From Vicugna vicugna (lineage: Eukaryota), in the NCBI GenBank assembly GCA_013265495.1, contig MU057398.1, forward strand, positions 620,001 to 684,000: a stretch of 64,000 nt of DNA, in the 5' to 3' direction. Under the pieces are notes generated by a model. It made no database searches. It was not told where the DNA came from and worked only from the letters and a program-made list of their open reading frames with translations. Below, in pieces: positions 1 to 32,690 of this stretch; within the stretch, counting starts at the first letter, position 1; every line of letters starts with the position of its first letter. The position numbers and the translations under genes were made by a program.

Positions 1-19800
<19,800 letters not shown>

Positions 19801-22800
19801 GCCTTTTCGCGCCAATACTGTAAGTTCTCACAACCTTGAGGGGTGGGTACTGGCATCACCCCCACGTTCCAAATCGTGCTGGAGACCGCTGGGCGCTGCC
19901 CCGTCATCCTCACTGCCAGATGCAGGCTGTAATGCGCTGCTGTCCAGGATCTTGGGGTGACAACAGATGATTTTTCAGTTTCTCTCATCTTTATTTCATC
20001 TTTACATTCACCAACCTCTAGCCGAAATTTGTCCTTTCCTACAATTACAGGTGTAGGCCGCAAAGCACAGATCGTTAGCTTGGTGACTGTGTCACCAAAG
20101 GAAATGAGAGATCATTTTAGAGCATGTAGCTTTTGTTGTAGCTATCCTGAAATTAACTAAATTAGAAGACCTACTGGCAGGCAGAATAACTGCTTTGAAA
20201 TTACTGCAGTTTTTTAACCTTCCTGTAGATCCTGTAATTTAACTTACTAGTAAAGAAGTACATCCATTACTATGTCACACATTTTCAAAAGTATTTTAAT
20301 AACAGCCTTTCAACCTATTAAATTTATGTTGTAATTCTGTTTTACTTTATGCATTTGGAAGCATTTGTTTGAGACAGGCCGAAGAGTCCTGTCATGCAGC
20401 CAGAAGACAGAAGCCCTCACCTGTAGTTCTGTGTCACCATCTGCCCTAAGTGACCTTGGCCATTCACATCACCTCTCTGGCCCCCAGTCCTTCTCCTGTA
20501 AAATAAGGAAGCCGAGCTGCTGGCTTCCAGGAGCCTTGTCCACATTCAGCCATTCTCTCCTCAGAGTTCAAGAATCACTGTGGTTGCTCCAGGCTCCTTG
20601 GGCAGCCAGGTGGCCCAGACTGAGCTCTCCTGCTGGTGGTTTCCCAGGTTACAGCCCTCAGACTGGCATCTCCCCTTATCTGCAGAAGGGCAGCAAGGGT
20701 GGTCGGGGCACAATGAGTAGTTGTCATAACTGCTACAGGCCAAAGAAAACACCATGTTACCAGGTGACAGTGGCTCCTGCTTAAATGCATACAGACCCAG
20801 GGAGCGGGAGAGTCTAAGCATGTCTTAACCCTCTTAGCCAGGAGATCGTCATGCTTTGCAGGGCCTCCCCCGAAGACCCCAGAACCAGAAAGGGGTGGTG
20901 GGGCGATGCTGTGAAGAACTTTGAGTGGCATGTAACAAGGGTCTTGTGGCAGCTTGGGGTACAGAGGAGCTAGGCCATAAAGTACCCAGCCTGGTCTTCC
21001 TGGTGGACGTGAGAAGTGGGTTTGATTACATGTTGCTTTCAGCTTGCACAAGGGCTGAGGCGGACTCTGCCTAGCAGCCAGGGAGGAGTCACTTTCCATG
21101 CCCTTCCTGGATCTCCTTGTCTATCAAGTTGACTGTTTGACTCCTGTCCCCGGCTCTTCTTCATGCTGGCTGGCAGATAGGAAGCTCAGGCTAGCACTGG
21201 CTGCATGGGGCCCCAAAGGCCTGGCTCTTCGCACCAAGGAGTCAGGGCCCAGATGGTTTCAGGGAAGAACCCAGAGACACCGGATGGGGCCTCAACTGGT
21301 GTCCCACCCAGAATCCAGCTGAATAGGGAAGTGCCAGGGCCTGAGAGGAAATGACAGCCAAGCAACCCAGGCACAGGAGGGCAGGAAGACAGATGATGCT
21401 TGGGGAGCTCGCAGGACCACACGGGTATGGCACTTTGATGTCTGGCCGAGAGATTGGGACATGATTGTGTGTGGAGAGCCAGCCACTGAAGGGTGCTAAA
21501 CAGGTGCTGACGCGATCTGACCTGGGGGTACCTGAGGAAGATGCTGGGGGCTGCTGTGTGCAGACCGTGTTAGCGGTGGCCAGCCTAGAGGAGGGAACCC
21601 TGGGGCAGGGCAACCCCTGGACCCAGAGGCTCCTTAGCAGGGCGGGGCTTCAGGGGGGAGGTGTGCGATGGCGCCACGTGCTGAGATGAAAGCTTGTGGT
21701 TGGGAAGGCGATGCTTCAGTTCATTCATGGAAATGCTGGTCCTCCTTAACAACAAGCCTCCAAAGCAGGATGGCAGCAAGAAAGCTCCACCTGAGGCCCA
21801 GTAGGGCCCTTCCTAGATGTTACTGGTGGGCCCTAGGGCCAGTTTGAGAAATGAAATGGCAAATAGGAGCAATGAAAGGGTCAGGAAAGAGAGCAAGGGT
21901 GCTGGCTTTGCGCTCAAATCAAAATGCAGCACATCTTCACTGAGCACCAGATAAGAGTGCAGAGAATCGGACCCTGCCCCGTTTCAGGGCCTGAAGTGCA
22001 GGAAGGGAGGTGGACATTGTGCCGCAGAAACAAATGGTGCAAAGTGGTCTACGTAGATAAGAGCTCTTTCAGTCCACACAAGTACTCTGCAGGGTGGTGC
22101 TGGGAGCCTCCCCCTTCTGCAGGTATGCAAACTGAGGCCCAAAAAGGTTAAGACCCAAGTTCACACAGTTAGTAGGTGGGGGAGCTGGGGTTGGAACACA
22201 GTCTCTCTTGTCCCCATGCCTGTCTACCACCTTGGCTTTGAGTCATTTTCAGAGCAATGAATCTTTTCTCTCACCGGTATTAATACATTTTTCAGCTACC
22301 AGGCCAACTCATGGCACAGCTGGCCCCAAAGCATTTGACAGTCCAGGATAAGCACACGTTGTTTTTAAATCGTCTGTCTGCTTCTTTGACTACAGGATGG
22401 AAGGTTTTATTGTGGGCCAAGGAAGAACATGATTTTGGAAGGTGCAGCACTTGAGGGGAGGGCCGGGGGAGATCCAGGGCACCAAGCCTAGGTGGCAGCT
22501 CCCTGTGCTCCCAGGCCCCCCACCCAGGAAGCGGAGGGGATCCCTTGCTTCCCTTCCCTCTCCCTCCGCCATCCCTTGCCTGAGATTCTAGAACTCAGAC
22601 CACAGCTCATAGTCTCTAATTTAACTGGATATTTGGTTAAAAGGACTTTGGGGCTGGTCTGGAAACTTCCATGTTTATAATACCACTGAGGTGGGAAAAC
22701 ACCACTGAGGTGTTCTGAATTTTCACAACAGACCTAGGAAAGATTCCCAACTCTAAATGCAGTGGCTTTAAGGGAGCTAGGATTTTTCTAGTACACAGAT

Positions 22801-23256
22801 GAGAGAACAGCAGAGGTGTCAGGAGAAAGGGGCATGGAACCTTTAGATGAAAGAGGATTCTAGAAGGTGAATGGACTGTGGGTATCACTTCACTCTTATT
22901 TCTTTTTATTCTCCGACGAAAACTGTTGCTGCATCCCGTGGCCGAGAGCTGGGACGATGGAGGCTCTTCTCGGGATGGGTTTCCTTCTAACCGCACTCTT
23001 GAACCATGCTCTCTTTGCAGCCACAAAGGAAAAAGGCAGAACAGTCCTCCCCTGGCGCCAACCAATCAGCAGAGCCCCCGCCCTCCTCCCACCTGCCACC
23101 TCCACTCCGGGGCAAGGTCACAGCATCTGCGTAGGTGATCACGGGGACTTCTTCCTGCTGGCTCAGCTGGGAGACCGAGGAGTGTTTGGCAAAAACTGTT
23201 CAGCTGAATTCGGAGATAACTGTGGAGGCAGCTGCTCTTCTCACAGAGGCTTCTCG

Positions 23257-24057
23257 ATGCAGCCTGAGTCGGGCCGGGCCCTCTTCCACGTGGCCGTGGC
23301 CAGCTGCCTCTGCGCGGCCGCCATCCACACCGGTGCTTTTGACGGCGTCTCCGTCCAGGTGGGCTTGGAGCACTATGCTGAGGCACCCGTGGCCGGCCTC
23401 CCTGCCTTCCTAGCCATGCCCTTCAACTCGCTCGTTAACTTGGCCTACATGCTCCTGGGAGCGTACTGGCTGCAGAGAAAGCCCAGCGCCCCCGGGTGCC
23501 CTGCAGAGGTGCGGAGGGCTTGTTACCTGAAGGATGTCTTCGCTGGCATGGCCCTAGTCTATGGCCCCGTCCAGTGGCTGCGCGTGGCATCACAGACCCG
23601 GCCCGCCGCTGTGCTGGATCAGTGGCTCACCCTGCCCATCTTCGCGTGGCCGGTTGCCTGGTGCCTCTACCTGGACAGGGGCTGGAAGCCCTGGTTGTTC
23701 CTGGCTGTCGAGGGCCTCTCCCTGTGCAGTTACGGCCTTGCCCTTCTGCACCCCTGTGGGTTTGAGTTCACGCTGGGGGCACACATCGCAGCTGCTGTGG
23801 GCCAGGCCCTGTGCACCCAGGGGCGCCGGGGCAGTCCTTCCTCAGGAATGTACTTGGCTCTAGGCGTGCTCTCCTGCTTGGGCTTTGTGGTCCTCAAGCT
23901 GTATGACCATCAGCTCGCACAGTGGTGTCTCTTCCAGCGGCTCACAGGCCACTTCTGGTCCAAAGTCTGTGATATGCTCCAGTTCCACTTTGCCTTCTTG
24001 TTTCTGACCAATGTAAACACTTGCCGAAGACACCCTACTGCAGGGAAGATGCATTAA
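23257..24057 (+). CDS. TMEM187: Transmembrane protein 187 (266 aa, single coding exon)
   Basis: MQPESGRALFHVAVA...EHYAEAPVAGLPAFLAMPFNSLVN...LDQWLTLPIFAWPVAW...GHFWSKVCD matches recalled TMEM187 motifs; head-to-head with HCFC1. Probable exon acceptor ctctttgcag ending at 23020; AATAAA at 24368. Confidence 0.95.
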   Translation: MQPESGRALFHVAVASCLCAAAIHTGAFDGVSVQVGLEHYAEAPVAGLPAFLAMPFNSLVNLAYMLLGAYWLQRKPSAPGCPAEVRRACYLKDVFAGMALVYGPVQWLRVASQTRPAAVLDQWLTLPIFAWPVAWCLYLDRGWKPWLFLAVEGLSLCSYGLALLHPCGFEFTLGAHIAAAVGQALCTQGRRGSPSSGMYLALGVLSCLGFVVLKLYDHQLAQWCLFQRLTGHFWSKVCDMLQFHFAFLFLTNVNTCRRHPTAGKMH

Positions 24058-26127
24058 TGTGTGGAAATAAGCTGCTTACAGTCGCTGTCCCCTTCCCCCC
24101 GGCCCTGACGTCAAAATGGACCATCAGATGACATCCTGTTTTCAGTGTTAGATTTCCTGGGTGGAATAAGATAGGATGGTTACGTGGAAGGCTGGCCCTT
24201 CCTTTGAAGTTACGGGCTTAGATATTACGAATATGAATATCCAATGTTATGAAAATTTATGCTCTCTGCAACTTACTCTGAAAGAATTAAACCCAATATC
24301 TAGGTGCTCGGGATGCGGGGTTCACTGTGCTATTCTTGTAGCTTTTCTATAGTTTGAAAATTTTTAAAATAAAATGTGAGGGGAAGTGACCCCCAGAAAT
24401 CCATCAAACTGGCAGTTGTCCGCTCTGGGATGTTAGCATGGGCCGGTGACAATGAGGCAGGGTAGCATCTGGCCAGTGTGCCAGGCCAGGCAGTGGGGTT
24501 ACTAGTGAGTGTCCCCAGACGTGCCTGGGTTCAGGGAGACTGAGTCATATTAAACACATGCCTAGCAGACTGATGGGGAAATCCAAAGACCAGAACACTT
24601 ATTCACCGTGACATCTGTGCCTGCCAAGCTGACCGCAGGTCACGTGGAAGCCATGTCACCTCAGATCCTTTGTGGAAAGAGGCAGAGTACGAAGAGATGA
24701 AGAAACACAAAAATGTCAGAAGTTGAATTCTCAACAGAATGTTGCTTAGTGGGTCTACCCTCAGAGCCAGGGTATGGCGTAGATGTCCTTAGCAGCTCAA
24801 ATTATGGAAGTGTCAAGTGTCTGTCACCACTGGAAAAACCCAGGCCCTTAGGAGCCATGATCCTTGGTGTCATCTCCTGGAGTTGGCCTCTTTAAACCCT
24901 GAAGCATGCTTCCCATGCAGATGACAATGTCTGAACCAGGGAGCCCCGGGGATGACACTGAGACCCAAGAGATGCTGAGGATGCTGCATTTGGATCACCC
25001 TTTGGGGGCCATCTCCCTCTGCATTCTTCCTCCCATTTGGGTTACTGTGTTTTTAGACACTTGTTTCATCCCCTGTCACTTGAAGCGCATCTGGTCTTTA
25101 AAGATGAAGGTGAGGGCAGAGGGGAGGGGACTCCCTGTCCCTGTTGAATGACATCTCAGGAGGGGCAGCCCACGCACATCTGCTCAGTGCCCCCTGAGGC
25201 CCCTCACCATGGAGCCTTGAGGGTTTGCATGTGGACTGTTGCTATGACTCTGAGATGTTTTTGAAACTGGGTACCTGGGCCGGATGTTCTGTCCCAGCTG
25301 GGCACATCCCAAGTGGGTGATGAGTCTCAACCAAGCTGTCACCTGAAAATCCAGCGGGTGAGTGTTGCCTCTGCCTGGGCGGCAGCCAACCAGCCTGCAC
25401 CCCTCCCCCAAGGGCCGGGGACCCAAGTGCCCACTGGAGTATAAAGAGCAGGACCGTGCTGGCTTGGGGAAGCACCTTTGTTGCATTCCAGTGGTCTTGA
25501 AGGCTCTACGTGTCCTGGAAGAGGAGAAAGGCGATGGGCATCTGCAGAGAGGCTTCCCTGATCTTGAAGAGGCCAGAGGGAGGGGAAAGACTAGGCTTCT
25601 TGCTTGGGTGGCTCAGTTAGCGATGGGGATGGGAGGGTGGACGGCTACCGAGGGGCCAGGCGCTTCGCTCGGTGCCTGAGTGGCCCTCCAGCCCGCTCGC
25701 TCTCTTTGTAGCTGTCTCCCTCATTGCCAGAGTGGGGCTGCTGAGAGCTGCTGGTGCTTTGCATTGCCTTGTCGTTCCACACCTTTGACCACAAGCACTT
25801 AGAAGCTATTTTGATTGTTTTGGTTTTCTTTTCTTTTGATCAAAACCGATTTAATAAATAACCCTGAGAACCTTCTGGGTTTCATTCCACTCCTGTGTCA
25901 GGCTGGGTCCCCACAGGAAACAGGTGGTGTGCTCAGATTACGGTGATTCAGAACTGTTTCAAGGAGAACTCTGCACACCACCATGGAGGGGCACAGGGAG
26001 TCTGTGCCCCTCCAGGGTGGGGTGGACTCCACCCAAAGGAGAGACTCCTGTGGAAGGGTCACCTTGGGGCAGGAGTGGCGGGGAGCAGAAGCCCAACCCC
26101 ACTGCCTCCTGCCTGGCCTCCCATCCA

Positions 26128-26288
26128 AGGTTGTCAGATGAGATGCAAGACAACAAATAATGCTTTAGTACCAGCGTGCCTCAAATGTCACATGACACCT
26201 GCTTATACTAAAGCAGTGTTCATCGTTTATCTGAAATTCAGATTTAAGTGAGTGTCCTGTCTTTACTGGCTAAATCAGACAGCCCTAC
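26128..26288. mobile_element. MER53-like hAT MITE, degenerate
   Basis: aggttgtcagat...cttatactaaa...tttatctgaaattcagatttaagtgagtgtcctgt...gctaaatcagacagccct resembles the recalled MER53 consensus. Confidence 0.6.
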
Positions 26289-26525
26289 ATTGAGCCAACC
26301 CAACCAAAGCCAGAGACCTGGAACCTTCTTTCTCTGCCCCCTGGTTTTTTTGTTTTTGTTTTTAAACAACTTGACTGTGATCAGTGCTTCTCAAAAGGGT
26401 GGCTTCTGGGGCCAGGACCTCAGACGGCCTCAGCCCTGCCCTGTGATTCAGAGTACCAGCGATGCCCTGTTCATCCCATCGCTCCCTGTTCGGGTACCTG
26501 CTGTTTTACTATCATTGTCTCCATC

Positions 26526-26660
26526 TTTTTTTTTTTTCTTTTTGGTGAGGGGAGGTAATTCAGTTTATTTATTTATTTATTCTTAGCAGAGGTACTTGGG
26601 ATAGAACCCAGGACCTCATGCACACTAAGCATGTGCTCCCTTGAGCTATACCCTCCCCCC
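26526..26660 (-). mobile_element. tRNA-derived SINE (camelid-type)
   Basis: Reverse complement of GGGGGGAGGGTATAGCTCA..GAGGTCCTGGGTTC..AGTACCTC with A-rich tail. Confidence 0.85.
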
Positions 26661-28984
26661 TCATCTCCATCTTGTCCCTGAACAGCAGAGAAGCCAGTGC
26701 TTACCTGATGGGCCCTCTCCTCGCATTTGGCCTAACGGTTGAGAGGCTCCAAAGCTGGGAGGGATGTTAGAAACCATCTGCACCAACCCCCTCATTTCAC
26801 AGAAACCGAAACTATAGATGTGCAACTTTGCCGAAAGCTTCAACACTGAGCATCAGAAACAGGCGTCCGGCCTCACGGCCCAAAGCCCCAGCTGCTGTGT
26901 CGTTCCACCTCCCCCTCCTCTCCCTGGAAGCAGTGGCAGTGGTGTTGCTTTCCCATAAGTGGACTGGGGATTTGCCCCCCATTGAAAATAGTGGTGTTGG
27001 CTTCGCTCTGACTGTAGATAGTACAGGCGGGTGGCAGGGAACAACAAGCCGCCCCAGAGGACCATCAGGATGCTGGTTGCCCCCACCTGGGATACGGGCT
27101 CCCCTGCGCTTGTCTGTCCTACACCACAGTGATGGGCACAGATGTGGCCCCAGGCCCCATGGTGCTTCAGTGACGCGTTGTGTGCTCAGCTAGGGCTGCT
27201 ACACTGGGCTCCCTCACCCTGTCCTCACCCAGCACGCTGATTCCTTGCCAGTTTTGCTCACCTTTCTCCAGGTCTGTCTCAGGAGGTGACTGAAGGGCAC
27301 CCGGGTCGCCTTTCCTGTTGGCAGCGATGGGAGAACCCGCCCTGGGTTTGCAGACTTTTTCATTTTGTGTCCATATGATGGGGGCAAAGCACAATGTCGT
27401 TGTGACTTTAACTCATACTCCCTCCACATACACGCTAGTGCGTATGTGTTTGTTGTAGTTAGGGTTTGTTATTCTGTAAGTTACTGATTTATATCCTTTC
27501 CTCATTTTTCGACTTTTTCTTCCAAAAGTCTCCAGGAGCTTGTTTTAGATGATAAATATTAAGCATCCATCTGTCATACAAATGTTTTCTTAATGTTGTC
27601 TGTCTTTTGACTTTGTGGCTGTCTTAAAGGAACGTGATTGAAGATGGACACAGGGATGTCTATATGCCTGTCTTGTCTTCAGAGCTTTTGGGTTTCTCCC
27701 ATACCTGCTTCAGGTATTTTTTCATTAGAAAATTTTAATTACAACATTGTGGAAAATAATACTTATTGTAAAGTCATTAAAATTTACATTTAGAAATAAA
27801 GCAGGGCCGCTGTCATCATTGTTAATGTGATGGTTCACCAAACTGGACGGAACTGGAGCACATCACCTTCGCGTTTCACCGTCAAAACCCTGTGTTGCGT
27901 GTTTCATCGCAGCTGGGGCCGACAAAGGAGATTTTGTGTCTCGGCACTTAAAATCAGGCACACCGCGCAGGTAAGCATGTCCCTCTTGCCTCTAAAGACT
28001 TCCAGGAGTAGAAATCTTGGGATCAATAGAACCAAGGCAATTGGTGTTCCCAGGCGAGCACCCAAAGAATCATGTGATTGGCAAGTGCCTCTTTCGTGTC
28101 TAAGTGGATGTGTGGATTCCCGGTGTTTTCCACCCCAGTCTAGTTCTGCCATCCACATGCTGGCTGATTTCCGGGGTCCAGCCCTTGGGGGTCTGGAGAG
28201 CTACCCAAGCCCACCTGCTGTGTGCAGCCCCGGCCATTTGAGCACAGCAGGTCCTTCTAACTGTTGTCATATGTCTTTGCTCTTTTCTTCTGTTTCCTGC
28301 TCTTTCACTTTGAGCTTTGCCCTCTGTTTCTCTTCAGAACTGCTGACTGCTGGTTTTACTTCTGCCCCTCCTTTCCTGGCCCTATCTGACTTCCACTTGG
28401 GGCCTCTGCCCCAGTGTCCACACTGCCACCATCTCGGCCATCTCAGGTCTTCTCTTTAGAAAGACGTGAAACCTACCAGGTTAAATGGGACTCCCATCCC
28501 TTCCCTCCCACCACAGAGGTCACCACCATCCGGAGTTGAGTAGAGCCCACTACCAGGCCTGCCCTCACACCTTTCATCCATGCAGGGATATGGACCAGCA
28601 AGATACACTGCTGTCTTGCATGTGTTGTAACCTTCTTTAAATGCACCACGTGGTCCAGCTCCATCTCCTGCTGGCTGCAGGACCAGATCTGTGGGAGTTT
28701 TCCCTGGGTCTCCCGGGGTGCCCGTCAGGCTGGTTCCTCCTTTGGTGCTGCTGTCTGGTGGCACGCAGCACATCTACACTCCAGCTGAACTCGAAGTTGC
28801 CAAATCCCTTACCACAGTGGTTGCTGAAATGACTGTCCCCCAGAGTTTGTGTTGCTCCGTGACTTCACCAGCACTTGGTACTGGAGAGGATGTACTGTCT
28901 GCTGATCTGATGGTGGTGAACTTGATACCATTTCCTTCTCGTTTGCCTTTCTTGGCTTAAAATTGAGGTTGCCTGGGAAAATGA

Positions 28985-29540
28985 AACATAAATTACCATG
29001 TGATCCAACAATTCCACTTCTGCGTATTTACCCAAAAGGATCGAAAGCAGGGTCTCAAAGAGCTGCTTGTACAGCTGAGTTCACAGCAGCATTATTCACA
29101 GTAGCCAAAAGGTGGTAGCAACCCAGGTGTCCATCGATGGATAAATAACAGATAAACAAAATGCGGTCCATCCATACAGTGGGCTGTTATTTAGAATGAA
29201 AAGGGAAGGACATTCTGACACCTGTGACAACACGGATGGACCCTAAGGACATTATGCTCAGTGAAATCAGCCGGTCAGATGCAGACAGACACTGTATGAT
29301 TCCGCTTCTATGAGGTCCCTAGAGACAGAGAGCAGGAGGGTGGGGGCCTGGAGCTGGGGGAGGGGGTTCGTGTCTAACGGGGACAGAGTTTCAGCTGGGG
29401 GAGATGAAGGGTTCTGGGGATGGACGGTGGTGACGGCTGCACAACAGTGTGAATGTACTTCATGCCGCTGAATAATACACTTAAACACAGTTAAAACGGT
29501 AAATGTGATGCTGCGTGTAATTTACCACGATCAAAAAACC
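28985..29540 (+). mobile_element. LINE-1 3' fragment
   Basis: ttaccatgtgatccaacaattccacttct...cacagcagcattattcacagtagccaaaaggtgg...gacagagtttcagctggg. Confidence 0.85.
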
Positions 29541-30032
29541 AAACGGGCTCTACCAGCCCTTTTGCTCTCTCTGTCTTTATTTAACTACATTTTTAAAAAA
29601 ATCAACATTGATCTCAGCAATTCACTAGCTGGGAGGGCTTGGGTAAATTTCATAAGTGCCCTGTGCCTCAGTTTCCCCTCCCAGGTGTGTGGGGGGGTTG
29701 CTGCGCATGAGGACTCAGCACCTCTGACAAGTGTCTGCACAGAACAAGGTGTTGGTCCTGTCAACTCTTCCCAGCCTGGTGTTGTATCTCTTTGGCTGGA
29801 CTGTAGATGAGGAAACACGAATCATGCTGGAAGTAGCTAACGGTTACTGAGGGTTTACTGTCAAGGAACATGAGTTTGGAGAAGTTGGATGACCTTCAAG
29901 TTGGTGGAGGTAGAAAGTGACCCAGGTGGGGTTCGCCCTAGGGCTTCAGACCTCCCTCCCTGCTCCCTGCTCTCAGCACCTGTTCTGTCCTCTGTAATTG
30001 GAGCCCTTGGCACCATGACTTGGGAGGCTAAT

Positions 30033-30170
30033 TTCTTTTTTTTTTTCGGGGGGAGGGATACATAATTAGGTTTATCTATTTAATTTTTTTGAATAAGGAG
30101 GTACTGGGGACTGAACCCAGGACCTCATGCATGCTAGGCGTGTGCTCTACCACTGAGCTATACCCTCCCC
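30033..30170 (-). mobile_element. tRNA-derived SINE (camelid-type)
   Basis: gaggtactggggactgaacccaggacctcatgcatgctagg...ccactgagctataccctcccc. Confidence 0.9.
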
Positions 30171-30189
30171 TGCCAATTTTGTTTTGAAA

Positions 30190-30930
30190 ATACATTTTAA
30201 ATAGAGCTAGAAATCACATACCACACAGTTTGTGCTTTTAAAGTGTACATTTCATGTTTTTTAGAGAGTCACGGAGTTGTGCAACCAGCACTCCTAATTC
30301 CAGAACACTGTCATCACCCCCAAAAGAAAGCACGTCCCCATTAGCAGTCACTCCCCATCCCTGCACCCAGCAGCTCCAGTGCCCACTCATTTGCTTCTGC
30401 AGATTTGGATTCGTGTCTTGTGGGCCTTTCTTACAAGTGGGAACACGCTCCGTGGCCTTCTGTGTCCGGCTGCTCTTATGTGGCATCCTGTTTTCCGGGT
30501 CCACTCACAGCGTGGCACCGATCTGTACTTCATTCCTTTTGATGGCAGTAGAGTATTCCATTGCGTGGCTAGACCAGGCATCAGACCAGTGTGTTTATCC
30601 AGTCATCAGCTGATGGACATTTGGGTTGTTTCTCCCTTGGGCTCTTAGGAGTTATGCTGCTATGAACATGTGCGTATAGGTTTCTGTGTGGACAGATGCT
30701 TTCCTTTCTCCTGGGTCTATTGCTGGGATTGGACGTGCTAGAATCTAGGCTAATTCCACGCTGAATTGTTTGAGGAGCCATCACGCTGTTCCCACCACAG
30801 CTGCACCGTTTCGCATTTCCACAGCAATGCACAAGGGTTCCTATTTCTCTGCAATCCTCCGCACCCCTTGTTATTAATTTTTGATTCTAAGCATCCTAGT
30901 GGGTGTGAAGTGGGCTCTCATTATGGCTTG
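30190..30930 (-). mobile_element. LINE-1 3' fragment
   Basis: tgatggacatttgggttgtt...ttatgctgctatgaacat...catcctagtgggtgtgaagtgg. Confidence 0.85.
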
Positions 30931-31775
30931 AAAATACATTCTTAATTTTCAAAACCCTCTAATCAGAGCTGTAATAGCACAGGCACTTGGATGTGTCACA
31001 GGTCAAGGGCGGCCCGGGTAGCCTGGGGTGCCTGACTCCCAGCCTGTCAGCTTCTCCAGAGAGTGCCCTGCCCTTGACAGGCGAGCCATTCAGAAATCCT
31101 TTCCGTTTGACTCTTCATCTTTGCCATTCAGATGGGCTACTTTTTCCAGATTGTTCTTTATATTGTACAAGCCAAACAGGTGAAGGGGCTGAGCCTGTGA
31201 CACTAACAGCCACTGAGCTAAGCCAGCCCCTACTGGGGTCAGGGCTTCTGTGGTGGTGGATACCACAAACAACAGATGTCATCTCCGAGAGGATTTCAGA
31301 TACTTCAGGTTGGGGGACTGTCAGAGATTAGAGATATTGTCTTATTGTATCAAAACCACAACCTACAGGCATATGCTGTTTACCAGACACACACCTAAAG
31401 CATATGTCTGCAGAAGGATCACAAGTGAAAGAATGAGAAGAAAAAAGATATACTCGGCCCCACTAGCCACAAGAGAGCTGGTGCAGCTGTACTGATATCA
31501 CACAAAGCAAGAACATTTTAGGGATAATGTTAAAATAGGTTCAAAATATATAAAGCAAAAATTGGCAGAACTACAGGGAGAAATAGGCAAATCTACCACC
31601 ACAGAGGGAGGTTTGTACAGGCTTCCCTCAGACGAATTTAGGTCAGGCAGACAACAGTTCCGTGAAGAGTCAGAAAACAAGCCTGTGACTAAGGGTGCTC
31701 AGACCATGTCTTCCTCAGTCGGAGTGTCTTCCATCTCCTCCCATGTCCAGAAGTGGCATTTAAAGACAATGGCAG

Positions 31776-31830
31776 GACTCAATCCCCAGTACCTCCATTA
31801 ATAAAAATTTTTTTAAACAATTAAAAAAAA
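31776..31830 (+). mobile_element. 5'-truncated SINE with 15-bp target-site duplication
   Basis: tcaatccccagtacctccatt plus A tail, flanked by TAAAGACAATGGCAG at 31761-31775 and 31831-31845. Confidence 0.85.
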
Positions 31831-32149
31831 TAAAGACAATGGCAGCAAGAAGCAGGCAGGTGTGAAGCTTGGTAGCAGAGCACATAATCAGAGTGCAGTG
31901 CCATTAGGTTAGAAGTCAGTTTGCATACACGCGCACACACATAGACACAACTGCCACATGTTGCAAAGTTTAAAAAAATCATGAGAATTTTAAAATACCA
32001 GAACTACAGTAATAAAAATAACTCAACAATAAAACTGGTGAGTGATAGTGAAATTGGCCCTTAAAGTAACAGGTACAGCTTTATAAGCTCACATATTTAA
32101 ATTATATTTATTGAGTCAAAACATGTTAAGTGTACTCCTCACACTTTCT

Positions 32150-32690
32150 ATGCACACAGTAGAGGCACCATCAAACCGATCCTCAAGGTAAACACTACTG
32201 TGACCTCTAGCACTACAGATTGCTTTTGCACGTTCTAGAACGTCATAGAAATGGAGGCATACAGCATATGACATTCATACAGGAACCAGCCCATTCATTC
32301 CTTTTTATTCCTGAGTAGTATCCCAACATATGGATACGTGACAGCTTTGTTTATGTGCTCGTCTGTTGATGGGCTCTGGGTTTGTTTCTAGTTTGGGGCT
32401 CGTATCAATAACGCTGATCCCGACAGTCATGGACCCGTCTGGACGAAACGTGCGTTCCCGGCTTTCTGGGATACACCTAGATGTGGAATTGTTTGCTTAG
32501 GGTAGGTGAAGTTCTAGTTCATAAGAAACCCTCCAACAGTTATCTAAAGGGCTGTTCCAGTTCACACTCCTTGTCGACACTTGTGTGAGCAGTCTTTTCA
32601 CTGTGGGTCATGCTCGTGTGCGTGCGCAGCCATCTCCTTGCGGTTGGATCTCGTATTTCCCCCTGACTAATGAGGCCCAACATCCCCTCG
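32150..32690 (-). mobile_element. Old LINE-1 fragment
   Basis: ccattcattcctttttattcctgagtagtatccc...gttgatgggctctgggtttgtttctagtttgggg. Confidence 0.7.

Noticed and set aside
22867..23020. 396-aa version of the TMEM187 ORF as called by the ORF track
   Set aside because: It begins at a GTG, and its first ATG (22957) lies upstream of a strong acceptor at 23020. Recognisable homology starts at ATG 23257.
27827..28960. ORFs of 80-210 aa in the intergenic region
   Set aside because: No recognisable homology; parts resemble old L1 3' remnants.
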